Positions 11,697 to 25,849 of a stretch of DNA of 64,000 nucleotides are shown in pieces; within the stretch, counting starts at the first letter, position 1; every line of letters starts with the position of its first letter. The DNA lies in the NCBI RefSeq assembly GCF_000150275.1, contig NW_002060951.1:1560297-1624296 (forward strand), read 5' to 3'. Below the pieces are notes generated by a model. It made no database searches, was not told the origin of the DNA, and saw only the letters and a program-made list of their open reading frames with translations. The position numbers were made by a program, and so were the translations under genes. Source of the DNA: Trichoplax adhaerens (taxonomy: Eukaryota > Animalia > Placozoa).

Positions 11697-14599
11697 TTAA
11701 TCCGAATCTGAATCAGCAATTTCCCATGCTTGCTTGCTAAAGAAGGAATCACCTAAGGTGTTATAATAGAAGTTGACACTGTTAGTAAATGAGTATACTC
11801 GTATTTGCATGTAAAGTTTATAGCATTTGATAAGTGAATTACTTCAAAAGTATATTACAGGTGCAATTAGGCCTACGATAGATATAATAATAAATAAAGG
11901 AATGCTATTACAGTGGGCTGTAATTGCTAGGTAGATGGCAAGATGTAGATGCCTTGATCAGTAATTAGTAGTGTAGTATTGTACCACCTTTCCGGGTGAG
12001 TCAGCAAATGAAAGGTTGACATAAGTGTTTGAACCAGTAGGTACTTAGCTCTTAAATTAATTAATACACAAGTACGGGTATAGTTTGGTAATCATGATTT
12101 ATGCTTTCATATTCAAGTCTATGAGACGTAACATACTCGATAGTATAAAACAAAATAAAATGTATGGACAGCAGTAACCGAATATTTACAAAGAACTTGA
12201 ATGTAAAGGCATAAATCATGAACTAAGTAGAGTGCTGGTTCACTGCATGTCGACGTATATTTGTTCTAGGGTACGTCTACAATAGGCGTCTCATTTAACT
12301 TCTTTTACCTGTAATACGATATACTATAAAGTGTTATTGCACCGGTTTAAACTAAACAGTAAATGTTTAATTATTATATTTTGTAGTCTCAATTTGATAG
12401 AAATACCTAATGGAATAAAAATACTCAGAAAATGCCTTTACCTGGTGTACTTGCCCTACTGACAGTTGATTGATTTGGGAGATTTCTTGCTAATTTGAAA
12501 TTATCCAGCTTTTCTTTAGTAGGTTTAACTTTTGGCTTCAAAAACAGATAAGTGATTCTTTTAGAAGTGCTTACCTTCATAACAATTTATAATGACGTAT
12601 ATATTTATTCGATAATGTACTAACGTTAAATTGACATCAAGAAAAAGATAGAATTGATTGATGACGGTATATACCTTAGATACAAGTTCATTTTCATTTT
12701 TACCCTCTTTTAGTGATGATTTAAGTGCTGTTACAGAACGCAACATTAACGGTACAGATTTCCTTCTGTTAATTAATTTATAAAAATACTCATTACAACC
12801 AAATATTGAAATACTTTAAGATAATATTATATCTGTAATTGATAGTTACTGTATACGTATACGTGTATATAAATATTTTAGATTGTGAAATGAATATGGC
12901 TTATGTTCTCTTTATAGTTCACTCACTGAGCTTTCTGGCCTATTGCAATTTTACGATGAGCATCGGTAGGCTTTCGATCGGGTCCCTTCCAAGGCGGGAG
13001 TTTGTTATCTTTATTATCATCATCCATCAATTTTTTATTTGATCTTTGCAACGGTTCCATTTGATTCGCTTTTACATTTTTATTCAATTTAACAGATTTT
13101 TTCTTTTTGATTCCTGGCGATTGTTCTGATTGAGGTAAGGTATTTACTGGCTGTGGTGTAGATGACTAAGAAATTAATATAGAAATGAAATATATGTTAT
13201 CTTTCAGTAAAGAGAGATGAAATAGCTCTTTAAAAATCAGTACTAATTGATTTTATTCATGTAACGTAGCTGTCAACTCGAACATCTACCTTTGCTGCTG
13301 CAACGTAGTTCATTTGCTGCACTTTATTAATATAATGTTCTTTCCATCGATTTCTTATAAGATTTATGTTATTATTATCCTCAGGCAGATCCCATCTAAA
13401 TCTTAAACACTTTTGCTTCCAGATTATATCTAATTCGGATATATCTTTCCATCTCCAGCAAGTAGAAGCAACTCGACATAAACTTCTTGGATCTTAATTA
13501 TGTGATATAAAATTACGCACAATTGAAATATGAATATTAATTTTTTAGTAGAAAAGATTACTTAAATTTATAGCTACATTTGACGTAGTATGAGGATAGC
13601 GAATGAGAAAGAATTAATACTTGCCTAAATAAGAAAGAATTTTAATACTAATTTTTCTTGGCAACAAAACTGTGAAATCGCAATTGGTGATAGGAATCCT
13701 GTCTTTTACGATAGATTGAACATATTCTAGTTGGTGAGGTTTACATCTTGTGATGAGAATATTTAGGACCTGCCGACGCTGGTTATCTGTCCATTTGTCA
13801 AACTGATGGAGACAAAATTACGAATTAGTTCATACGGTGATATAATAATGATTTTGAATTGGTGCAACATAGATATAAAATATTTACATCATTAATTTAA
13901 GATTGTATAGATATAGTTTTGCGAATAGCCCTTACCCAGTGGCTAATTAGAGTTTTTCTTTCTTCAAATACCTATGTACAGTAATATTAAACCAAGCTGT
14001 TAAGCAATATGAACAAATTGTAAATCATCAGAATAAAAACTGTCAATTTTCTGCTTTGTTCCACAAGGTGCAGCTCAACGGTGCAATACTTAAGTAGAAA
14101 TTTATTTATATACAAGAAGTCCAATTTATTGCAGTATCTTTGAGAAGTTGCTACAGTTGATATACGTGTAGAAATTGTTAAGAAAGTATAAATTGGTAGA
14201 TGGATATTCCTTAGATGATTTTAATCGCCTACTGTTATTCATGACAAACGTTAAATTGATGATCGTGACGATGACATAAATGATCAAAACTGCCGAAATA
14301 AAGAATAAAAAATAGTTATATGTGCAAAGATGGAATACGATTCTTAGTATATTGTGTTTAATTAATCTTATATATAATACTGAAAATACTTATACTGTAT
14401 CTAATGTTACAAATTACGTATATTGAAGTGGGGGCTTAAGTTACAAAATCGTATATTATGAATTGTCTACGAACAATTTGCCAGAGTGACTAACTTTAAG
14501 ATTTGACGATCCGTTCGCCATGGGTGTCCAGGCGCTTTTACTTAAATACTTTTCGCTGTTTTCCTTTTCCTTCCTAGATATGTTTCTAGCAAAGGCCAT
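11697..14599 (-). CDS. FBXO16: F-box only protein 16 (3' end uncertain)
   Basis: Exons read MAFARN...SAWTPMANGSSNLK / VFEERKTLISHW / FDKWTDNQRRQVL...DFTVLLPRKISIKILSYL / DPRSLCRVASTCWRWK...WKEHY / ...LPPWKGPDRKPTD, matching the FBXO16 pattern (WTP, VFEERR, WFDKWTD, LPPW). Terminal exons are ambiguous: the stop could be at ~12296, or at 11697 after GDSFFSKQAWEIADSDSD. Confidence 0.85.
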
Positions 14600-15184
14600 C
14601 TTTTTCACTTGTATTATTATTGCTGCGATGTAGAAATGTTCTGTTACTTTTCAGGCTTGTTGTATTTCGATTCTACAAGCTTGACTAGTGTAATCAACAG
14701 TACAACACGTCAGTTGATTAAATAAACTAGGTATCTTCACCTTTTGACACCGTTGACAAGTTGGGTATATTAGAGGTGTATTGAAATTGATGTTACAGGT
14801 GCTATATATTACTTTTTGAATAATGTTACTATCTGTAATAGGTTGTTATCAATAATATTATTGATACTGTATACCGTAAATTCTTATTTTTACAGTATTT
14901 GACTTGTTTAGGAATTGCGATAGGAGTATAATCGATTGAATAGTAGCTTGTAATGAATTTGTTTACTGTATAGTGTAGAGATTGACTATCAGCTTAATGT
15001 TATAAGTTGTTATTGACTAGAAAGCAAAGCTGCCAAAGCATCATGTGCTGCGATCTTTTAGAACTAAGAAATTATTATTATTGATCATGGCATTGGAATT
15101 TAAATTTTAAGTCAAAACGTCAAGATGGATACGCATCCTCAGTTTAGATGTGTCTCTGTTGCTAAGATACTAAAGCTGTGCGAT

Positions 15185-15610
15185 ACGATACTGTACAGTA
15201 GCACCATGATTACACTATACAGTGTACTGTACTGGATCCTGACAAATTTAATATAAGATCTTTTAAATTTTCAAGGCATTGACATTCAGTTTGACTCCAA
15301 TTTCGCATAAACAGATTATTACAACCTTAAACAATTGGCTCTTGATGTTTCTATTAATTTTTACTACCGTATTACGTTATTTTATTTCTTTGAAATTCGA
15401 ATAGAAACCAACAGTCACTAGTATATGTACGCTCAGTTCAACCAGTATACTGTACAAATCACGCCTTAAACAGTGGTACTCTGGATATAGGCAATTGGGC
15501 ATGGACATGCGCGATTCAATGTCCTCCACAGTCGACAGTGTGATTCAGGGTTACAGTACAGTACAAACTGTATTGTACTGTAAGATGCAGACTGTACACT
15601 GTAGATCGAG
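15185..15610. promoter_or_regulatory. TACAGTA/TACTGTA-rich clusters in the divergent FBXO16/TTC32 intergenic region
   Basis: Runs at ~15189-15235 and ~15552-15604, between two head-to-head genes. Confidence 0.4.
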
Positions 15611-16046
15611 GTAGTGTTACTTTCTTGAAGTGCTGAGTCAGGCCACTAGTAATACTCTAGTAGTAATATTGTGTTTGAATAAATGAACGAGCTGCGAGCT
15701 GAAAGTTCAACATTAGCTCCAAGTACATAATCATTAATCAATCTTTAATAGTCCCTGATCAAGCTGATAGGGATATTAGTGGTTATTGCTCGACAATACT
15801 GGCCACAAGCTACGCCGAATCCTGCCTTTTTCATCATAGCTTGTATTCAGTCTAGTGATTTTCTGACAGCATAATATGGCCATAGAAGAGTGTATTTAGC
15901 TGTAGTAGACTTGCTTCAAAGCTGCTCTTTACTGAACGGTTGAGGTGGGCAGCTTGTTGGTTCAAAAGAAAATTACCAGTACACATTAAGGAATTATAAT
16001 TTTATGCACGTTATAGAGTATATCGCATAAGAGTGGAGTTTATCTG

Positions 16047-16765
16047 ATGGATGAAGATTATAATCAAGCCAATCTCCTCTTTACTAATGGACAACGCCAA
16101 GCAGCCCTCGATAGTTACACCGCTTTCCTTGATAAATGGGAACCACAACGTGACGCTTTCGGTGATACCGTCAATAGTTATAATAAAAAATTGGCAATAG
16201 CTTACAACAATCGCGGGCAGTTGCATTACCTCAACGTTGACTTTTATTTAGCAATGGAAGACTACAGCCAAGCACTTAAATATAATCAACATTTTGCTGT
16301 AGCATACTATAATCGTGGTCAAATTCATTACAGATTAGGTAAATATAGTGTCATTCTGGAAATAAAAATGAACTAATTAAAAAGTTGCATATGTTATTGT
16401 AAATCGCGATACACAAATATCTAATTCTGTTATCTCCGGTGATGGCAATCACACGATAAAAATAGATTTGATTAACTTTGTAAGAATACCTATGTTAATA
16501 AATGTAATTAATATGCTAACTTACTTAGATAAACAAAACGTGCATTCACAAATACACCATTTATCGATTTTTTTTAAGTATAGTTCTAATGACATTTTAA
16601 TAATCTTTAGGCTCGTATCAGCTAGCAATTCAAGATTTACAACGTGCATTAGCTATAGAGCCAAACTTTGAAGATGCTAGATCAAATTTGATGCAAGCTC
16701 GTCAAGACCTAGAGTTGCAGCTACAGGGTAAATCATCGTCCGATACGATTAACGCTCTAAGTTAA
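16047..16765 (+). CDS. TTC32: Tetratricopeptide repeat protein 32
   Basis: Exons 16047-16338 and 16611-16765. LAIAYNNRGQLHYLNVDFYLAMEDY...YYNRGQIHYRLG|SYQLAIQDLQRALAIEPNFEDA matches the TTC32 TPR pattern. Confidence 0.9.
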
Positions 16766-18477
16766 TGAGATTCCTAGAAATGCTCTTCCATTGGGCATAG
16801 CCTCCCGGCCATCTACTGGTGGTAATGTATTCAATTACTGTTAACCATGATAGCTCTACGTGTATGCTATTTCATCTTGAGAGAAAGTTGATTTAACATT
16901 CGTTACTTTGCTGCGAAAAAATTTTATAAAGTTACTAGCACCTCGAACTCTGATCATTATAAGAACGACCTAGTTACTCATATCTATTTTAGAGGTATAA
17001 CCACAAATCACGAACATAGTACTTTCAACATACGTTCGTACACTAATTATAATTATGTTGCGAAAATTGGCTATTATTTATAATCGGTGGTACAGTACTT
17101 CACTAACACACAAGAGATACATCATAAAATACATAATTTTTCACAACAGGAATGAGCATACTTTTATGAAAAGGTTCAATAACCTGTCTTCTATACTACT
17201 GGTCTGTATATATTAAAACGTTTATACATATACATTTTATTGATATTATTGTAATGAAACATATGCAGAGCATGCACCTATGTAAATGGTTAAGATTCAT
17301 ATTAATAAATTAATTATTAGAATAAAAAAATTTTGGACATCACTGATTGTCCAAAATTAAAGGACAAGCTTTTTCTGACTTAGCTAAATTAAACTAAGTG
17401 AATAGTAACTAGCTATTACTTTGTGGTCAATGTTGTATTTTAGAAATCTCGTACATTTATTAAAAGCATTTAATCTAATACGAGTTTAGAAGATTGTTTC
17501 GCTTTTGCTTTTTCTATAAATAAGATTTGGATATATGTAATCTTGAAATTTTACATAATGGATTGCATTTGTTGTCTATCTTACATCAGCAGCTAACTTT
17601 ATTTCGTAAATATTAATCATGATCATGTATTGAAAAGATAGGTGGTAGCTTTTGAAATTCTTAGAGAACTGCATACTGTCAGCGATTATTTTGCTATACC
17701 GAAAGGAAGGTTTTTGCCAGCTTTATTCGCACAGTTATTATAAATGCATTATCTTTACTACAACTTTCACGAATTCGTGTTTATGACAACACAAAGCGTA
17801 CGGTGTACGTAGACACTAGAAAGTCATAGAATGATATTATCTGTATCAAGGTATAATTTGTAGATAATCATACAATTTCTTAACCCTGATCCGTAGAAAT
17901 GACAGTAAAGCGACGGGGTAGTAAGAATGAAATTAAGTAGAATGCTTTCTCGTAAATCGATCTTCATGATAAAGTTAAAGAGATAAGATCGTTTAGAATT
18001 TATGGTGGTTGATATCACAAATATAATGAAATTAATATGAACGAGCAATATAAAGGTCATCAATGCTCTGAAATTAAGCAAGAATCAATCCTTGAGTCAA
18101 GTTCTTTATATCCGTATATGATAACACCGATGTACGGGATATCGAGACATATGTAACGGATATGCGTATATTCCTGTGTTAAAATATTAAAAATCGTATG
18201 TAGTACAAAATTCAAGGTAATAGTTCATTTATTAATGCCTATACTTCCATTTCATATTAAAGAAACCAATTTGGTTCGCTATAAACAGAATGTTGGATTC
18301 TGTAGCTAAATAAGTAAGATGATCTCTTCCCAGTTGTCCGCAGGCTTGAAAACAGATTAACTTATAATTTCATAGTTTTTTCTAAAATATAGTCATAATT
18401 TGGAGGCTTATTCGTTTCCTGAAAATTGATATTTAAATTTCATATACAGTGTACAAAACAGAAGTACATGTCCATTT

Positions 18478-18551
18478 AGGGACTACTCCACAATTTTTAC
18501 CCAATCCAAAATCCAAATTCATAAAATCTCATTTTTTGTGGAGTAGACCCT
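18478..18551. mobile_element. MITE-like element, 74 bp with 16-bp terminal inverted repeats
   Basis: AGGGACTACTCCACAA (18478-18493) and TTGTGGAGTAGACCCT (18536-18551) are 15/16 complementary. No clean target-site duplication. Confidence 0.5.
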
Positions 18552-18813
18552 GGTCCATGTTAGGAAGCAATTTTGATGTCATTGTAGGTTTACAGCAATG
18601 GACTTTAAAGTAATCCCTAGAGTATCACATACTGTATGTTGTAGAAAAAGAAGTCTTCGTAACTGTTTTAAATCAGTAATGATAGCATTTCCGATTAAGC
18701 GATTTGAAAGCGTGCTAGGATGTTATTGGTTTCTGATACATCGCAAGTAGATAAGTAAGATAGGGTTGTCGTATAATTGTCAAATACACATACATTTGAT
18801 AACTGTAAATAGA

Positions 18814-21222
18814 TTAACTTATGTTGCTGTGATTCTCTAATAATGCTTTAAGAAAATCGATGCACACTTTGTCAGCGTAGGTAGTTTTCGTTGGCCATAG
18901 CTTTTCAATAAATCCAACATGGCCTCCGTAGCGTGTCAAAATCAATGCTATGTCTGGAGATTGATTAAATTTATCGATTGGTATACCTACAGGAGATTAT
19001 TTTTAAAAATTATCAATTTTTTTGATAGAGTTAGTATTCGGAAGTAATAGATTTGAAATATGCACGTATGATGAAAAAAAATTTTAAATGAATTTAGCAA
19101 GTGCCAATATTTAGTGAATTTCCGCTGCAAAGGTAACGTACCTGCAATTGGTGAAAATGGATCATCGATGGCGTTAATACAAACCAATGGTGTCTTGATT
19201 TTATCCATCCTTATTCCAGGCGATGCCAGCTTATAATATGTAGTCAAATCTGGATAGCCAAATAATGGTAGTATAACGGATTGATCAAATTGGCTGAAAG
19301 TGATACACTAGCAATAGATCAAATAATATTATTTTTGAGAAGTCCTAATTCGTTAAGTATACCTAGTGTGTCTTGTTATTATTGCCATTGTTAATGGTTG
19401 GATAATACTTAGAAGGCTCATTTACGTACTAATTTACGCATTGTTAGCTGTATTCAATTTGTGCAGATACAATACGAGTAGATATTAATGATATTATGGT
19501 CTTAAATGCGAACTAGTTGCCATTTTAAGGTCAATTTTTGAATCATCTAAGATTGTAAAGTGAAGGAAGAAATATAATACCGTATTTTGCCTTACCTTCT
19601 TCACATCTTCGAAGTTAAAGGGTAGTGAATGCCCATTTTCCGTAAATGATGATTCGTGACTATGGAATGAATAGCTATTAAAGTAGAATGCTAGATAACG
19701 TTATATTACGACGTACAACTAACCATTTCAGGTAATTTATCATAAATTCTGCTATGTAGACATTATACATTCGCGTATTGAACCAAGTCTCTAATGATAA
19801 TTGGGTAACTTTCATATCAAACGGAGTAGATACAATACAGGCAGCATGAACATAATTTTGCGATGGCTCTGTTTCTGCTAAGTAATTGCAGATAATCATT
19901 CTAATCAAGCAATAATTTAATAATAACTTAGTCAGATTAAACATTGAAATATAATCAATCAAATCTAAAATCATTGTAAGAATCAGTAATTAGGATAATC
20001 GATGAAAAAGTAGCAAGAATTTTTACCCTCCAAGAGAAATACCAATGACATTGATCATAGATCTAGGATATTTTTGATGGATATGATCTATTATTGTAGC
20101 TAAATCAGTCCAATCTCCCAGACGAGGTAACTGTGATGGCTATTGGATAAAAATATGTTACATATTTTTTGTCGTAATAGATGTGTACAGCCATTATCAT
20201 TATTTTTTAATAACTTTTTAGTGAAGAATAAACCGTACCTTAGCAAGAGGTAATCCATCGCTACCACGAATGCAGAAAATAGCTGTCCTAATTTAATGGA
20301 TATGAAGGAGGATACATTATTTTTTACGTAGAATCGAGTTTTACGTATATTTACTTAATACTACAGTAAATGAATTGAATGCAGTGACTTCTAACCTATA
20401 CCCCAAGCTTCTGGCTTCTACTAAACAGTTACTTCTTGCTTTGCCTTTTACGCATATGAAGTGATAGTAAGAATATAATATTGTCGATCTACTCGATTTG
20501 TCAAGTCAGTGTACCGATGCAGAAGTAGAAATTCGATATTACCTCCTATCCCAGGGACATACAAGACGATGGGTTTATCATGATCATCATCACTTTGATC
20601 ATCAATCAACCAATCAATGGCTAATTGGATTCCGGCTGTTGTAACGATGATTTCACTTCATAAAACAATTAGTAAGCGGATAATATTATGTCTGACTTTT
20701 AAAGTTGACAGTTCTGATACTTAATAACAGTAATAGTGAATAGATTCTTAAACTATCAAGACTTGATATTTAAGTTAGTTTTCCAAGAATGTCCTTTCTT
20801 GGGAACCGTACCGTTTTTAGAATTGCTATTGCTAGGATTAAAACTATTTGAAAGGTGGTATTACAGAACTTTTATCTTCATGTATACTCGAATACTAATT
20901 TTAAGAATGGTTTAGTAGCCTTCCAACATTACTAATACGAACTTTACCGATGGCAACCTAATTCGGGAGATTTCTCAAGGACGGCTCTGAAGACGGTTTG
21001 AAGATGACCATTTAGCGCCCATGGAGTTGGATAGTATGGACGCTTAAGCGTATCAATATGATTATGAATAAAATCTTTTAATTTACCATTTGATATGATA
21101 ATTAATGGCTTTTTGACGATGGAATAAAAATAATATGAAGTTGATAAACCGAACGAAATGAGTAGGATGGATTTCCAAGTTAAAATACATGGCAATGAGT
21201 TAGTTACCATTTGCCATAACAT
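18814..21222 (-). CDS. ABHD3: ABHD1/ABHD3-like alpha/beta hydrolase, copy A (divergent)
   Basis: Nine exons from 20948-21222 down to 18814-18986. N-terminal hydrophobic anchor, PTPWALNGHLQT, nucleophile elbow GISLGG, acid DDPF and His in YGGHVGF. Confidence 0.85.
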
Positions 21223-22779
21223 CCCTTAAAGTAACCTAATGTCTTTATGCAAAATCGGCTTACAGCAGTCTTTACAATATTGATAGCATATGTATCATCG
21301 ACAAGTTTGATCCAATCTATTTATACTCACTATCTATTTAAGCTCAATATTGACATTTTTAATTTGTAGACGATTGTATCGGTATAATCATAATCTTGAC
21401 GATTAAAGGTTGCTCTTATGCCAGTATTTATTTATTTTTATCGTGGCGTTAGGCAGACTATGGTCTTAAATCTTTCGACTTTGGTTGATGATGTTATAGT
21501 ATTGCTCAATACCTTTTAATTCATGGTTGAATTATCACATTTTTATTGGATGCTATATTTAAGGCATTTAATTATAACAATAACTTTAAAATTCATTAAT
21601 TATTCATGAATTCTATCGGAGAAATAATATTAATACGGTTCACTTTCTGAAAAATGAGTTATTTTTAATTAATTTGTTTATAATAAAGAATATTTGCTAT
21701 GCAAGTGGTATATTTATCAGCGCTTGTTTAAAACCATGAGTTAAATAATGTGGCTTTTTACATGGATTCGTATGAAATGGCTGCTAGATAGGCAACTTGA
21801 ACTTGATTGGTTATATTATAATTACTAGACGATTTCTACAATTTGAATAAGTAACAGCACAGAATCATCAAGTGCTAAAATTCAGTTAAACCGTTTTAGT
21901 CAAAATCATGAACTAAAGAGCGTTTTTTTATTAGTTTACAAGTATTTTATCGCAGCTGCATTGATCATGTCAAAAAGAATTCATCACTTGCAATAATTCA
22001 TCATGTTATTGCTATGGTTACTCGTCGTATGAATTACGCCCTTGCAACCCTATTTAATCAAAGCTTACACGAGTTTTTCGTAGGATTAGGTGACAGCAAT
22101 AAAATAGATGCAAATGTGTAATATCATCACGCTATTTTCATACTGTATTGTAATGAAAGATTTATATAAGCTTTATATAACTATACGTAGTGGCTACTGC
22201 TTTCATGCTAATTTTACTTCATAAATAAATTAAATCAGGAGAAATAAATACTAAATTTCTTTGATACCGTTTTGGTAACTACGGGAATTAGATCAAAGAC
22301 CTTTGCTGACTTTAACGTTTTAGGATCACAAAATATAATCTCAATGTAAACGCCATAAGTAGTGCAATTGCAAGCCAAAGAAATAAAGTAGAACAGACTA
22401 ATTTATGATTAGTTATGAATCGAAATTCCAAAGTAGAGGATATCACTAACTAGTAATATTTACTAATGCAGATAGTGCCGTTAGTTACTCGTAACTTGAA
22501 CAATTTATTGTATATTGGCCTGCGCACTCAAAGCATCAAAACCAATCATTTAGAATGCAAGTATATATCATTTACAGTACTAAAAACAGATAATAATATT
22601 TCAGCTGTATCCTCGTCACTATGATGATAAAGGCATATCCGAACATCACCAAATTTGATAGACTTTAAAAATTTTCTTCAGTGGGCTATAGTTAACGATT
22701 ACAGAAGATCTAGTATTGCCTTATTTATCTCTTTTGAAATAGATTAATTATTTACTTTATTCCCTTCTAATATTTGAGC

Positions 22780-25224
22780 TTAATCTTTTAAATCGCTTGA
22801 ATGATCCAGGTACGCTTCTAAAAATTGGCCAAATAACCTATCCATATATGTTGATCCGACAGGAAAAAGTCCTTCCATGAATCCTATATGACCTCCAGTC
22901 TTTGTTAAAATTAAGGCTAAATTGGAATTTTTTGCAATATCGTCTACTGGGATTGCTGGAATATCGAGTATAGTTATTTGTTATTTCTGAATCTATGATA
23001 ACATTTCGCTACTGTAATTTATGTATAAGTATATAGTTATGAATAAAATACATCTTTGTATTCCAACCTAAGGTATCGAGACTTACCATTTTCCGGTGAA
23101 AACGGATCATTAGGAGCATTTATAAATACAATCGGTGTTTTAACTCTGTGCGTTTTGAATGCAAACGACGCATCACTGTAGTAGTCTGATATATGTTTGT
23201 ATCCAAACAGTGGTACGGTAACGCACGCATCAAATTCTGCAATGGTGGTGCACTAGTAAGGAATGAAAATTAAGTTGCAGCCGATCAACATTTTCATATT
23301 GATAATCCTTTATAAGCTAAATGAAACGTAAAAGATAATTTATAGTACGTAAGGATTAGAACTTACATTCGGCACATCGTCAAGATTAAATGGTAGCTGA
23401 TCACGATTTTTATGAAACATTTCATAATTGCTGTGAATAATAATGAAAATGTTGAAAGTAGGTGGATAAAATAAGAGTTATGATATATTATTAATGGACA
23501 GTATATCGTACAGTTAAACTATAATTTATTATAGTGAAGAAATTGTCACGGATCGCTTACTTTTCAGCTAATTTAACCAAATTTTTCCCTAAATACCGAT
23601 TATAGGTTATACGATTAAACGGTGTCTCTAATGACGCTTGCGATTTATGAAAGTCCCACGCGATCGATGCAGCAAAACCAATGTCTACATATTTTTCTTT
23701 AATATCTTCATTTGCCAAGTAGTTTGAAAGTATGATCCTATTACAATTAGTATTGATGACGACGATGGATAATATTACTGTTATTGATACAATGTCGAAT
23801 ATCGAGAACAATCAATCATAATTCCAAACTGTTAGTTAATATAGAGTTATAGACAATAATTCACACATTAGGTTATTAATACCCTCCAAGAGAAACGCCG
23901 GCAACTATGAACGGCAAATCAGGATATTTCTTTTTCATAAATTGAAGGACAATGTGCAAATCATCCGTGTGCGCTGCACAGGCGAATTTGGGTGTCTTTA
24001 ACAGTAAAGGCGACGGTTAAGAAGCTGTAATTACTTTTGTATCTATTTATGCGATGTGATTAGGTCGAATATTGCTAATAATAATCTGTTTGTTAATGTG
24101 CATTTCTAATAATGTGATATTGAATGCATCCATAATATGTTGCTCGATGACAGTACTCTATAACTACTGACCTTCAATAATGAATTTCCGCATCCTCGAT
24201 TGTTATAGATGACTGCCCTATAGAACGTAGGTAATGGCTATGAGATTAATACTACAGTACGCTTTTACTCTGTCCAGTTATCGTACAGAATTATAACCAT
24301 TACGCATACTTTCAAGATATTATGTTTAATTATGGTATTTGATGCATGTACTACCGTATAGGATGGCTCGATCTAACATATCGATCAATTTAATTTTAAG
24401 AATCTGCAATACATACCTGCAACCGAAGAGTTTGGCCTGGTAACCTAAATATTGAGAATAACTACTTTGACTACCTCCTGTAGAATGGAAAAACTGAGTC
24501 ATTGAGATTGTACAGTACAGCACTAAACCACGTACTCTTCCTCTATCAGTACACTTTTAAAAATGCGTAGAAATAAGTTTCTTACAATGATTATCATATT
24601 TTAATATATTCTTATTTGATGATAACATACGTCAAAATGAAATCACCTGTTAATCCTGGTAGTATCACGACTAAGCCTCGATAAGTATCTCTATCGTCGT
24701 CTATCCAATCTAAAGCTATTTCACCTCCATCCGGTGTCGGAAGTATTTCTCTAAGGATCAAAAATAGAAGTAACATTTACCATTGGCAACCTCATTCATA
24801 CCTCAATAATACTCAGTAAAGATTAGTCTTATGCATCCATTGATTTTCATTCATCTACAGCTCCATAACGGGGTACTCAGTCACTATCTTGGTTATAAAT
24901 GGAATGATATATAATGATGAATAGATGGCTTTAAGCTTAAATGCATCATTACCTTGTATAATGAATTGGTGGTAAAATTTGAAAAACAGCTCGAAGTATC
25001 GTCTGAAGATGTCCACCAGGAGCCCAACAAGTAGGATAATAATAGTCAGTTTTGAGCCTCTTTTCAATAAATCGTCGTAATTTGCCTTGGCCACAAATGA
25101 GTTTTGGTCGATGGACAGTATACATCCAGTAATAGGAAGAATAAATGCAAAATAAAGCAGGTAAAGATATCCTCCAGTTCAATAGACCGGTTAAGAATGT
25201 TTTATCAAATAGAGGTAATTGCAT
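22780..25224 (-). CDS. ABHD3: ABHD1/ABHD3-like alpha/beta hydrolase, copy B
   Basis: Nine exons with the same intron positions as copy A. Motifs PTCWAPGGHLQT, DGGEIALDW, LPGLTG, NNRG, GVSLGG, NDPF, GGHIGF; stop at 22780. Confidence 0.88.
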
Positions 25225-25849
25225 GATAAGTTAACGTGATATTAAAGATAGCAATGAATAGAATACAGCAAGAAGCTGATGGTAAAGGAGTCTGCAAAGG
25301 ATTATGTTAAGAATGTGCAATGTGCAGCAAGTTCTGCCCTTGGTTTAACCAGCCCCTTCTGCCGTAGTCGCTACAGTGATAATGACATGCTTGCTCGCTG
25401 TCAGTAAAGCGTGAGTCCATACGCCAGTCCATGAGCCTTTGAGTATAACAGTAAATCGCTGTACAATGACGGTACAGACGTACAGACTCTTCAGCCAGTT
25501 GTAGTAATACTGACAGACAAGGCAAAGTTGAAAGTTCAGACAGCAACATAGTGACAGCAATATTGTAGATTGACGTAGTCGATTTAAATTGGATACTCAC
25601 TATACAATATTATTGTATGGAGGCCTGCTAACTGTGACCCCGAATACGATACGTTATGGTAGAATATTGCTGAGTGCTGGCATGTTCAAGTTCATCAGGT
25701 GCAGATGATATTTTCTCATCATGACAACTTTACTTTGAGACTATGATTCATTCCTCAGCGGGCAGAAAATTCTGTTACCTGATGATCGCTTCGGTTGGCT
25801 ACATCCCGGCTTCCATTTGCAGCTTCTAAAATACTGTATTTCACTAATT

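Noticed and set aside
25307-25600. GC-richer overlapping ORFs of 97 and 71 aa upstream of ABHD-B
   Set aside because: Bounded by a GTGAGT donor (~25600) and a TTTGCAG acceptor (~25292), so better explained as a 5'UTR intron. No protein motif.
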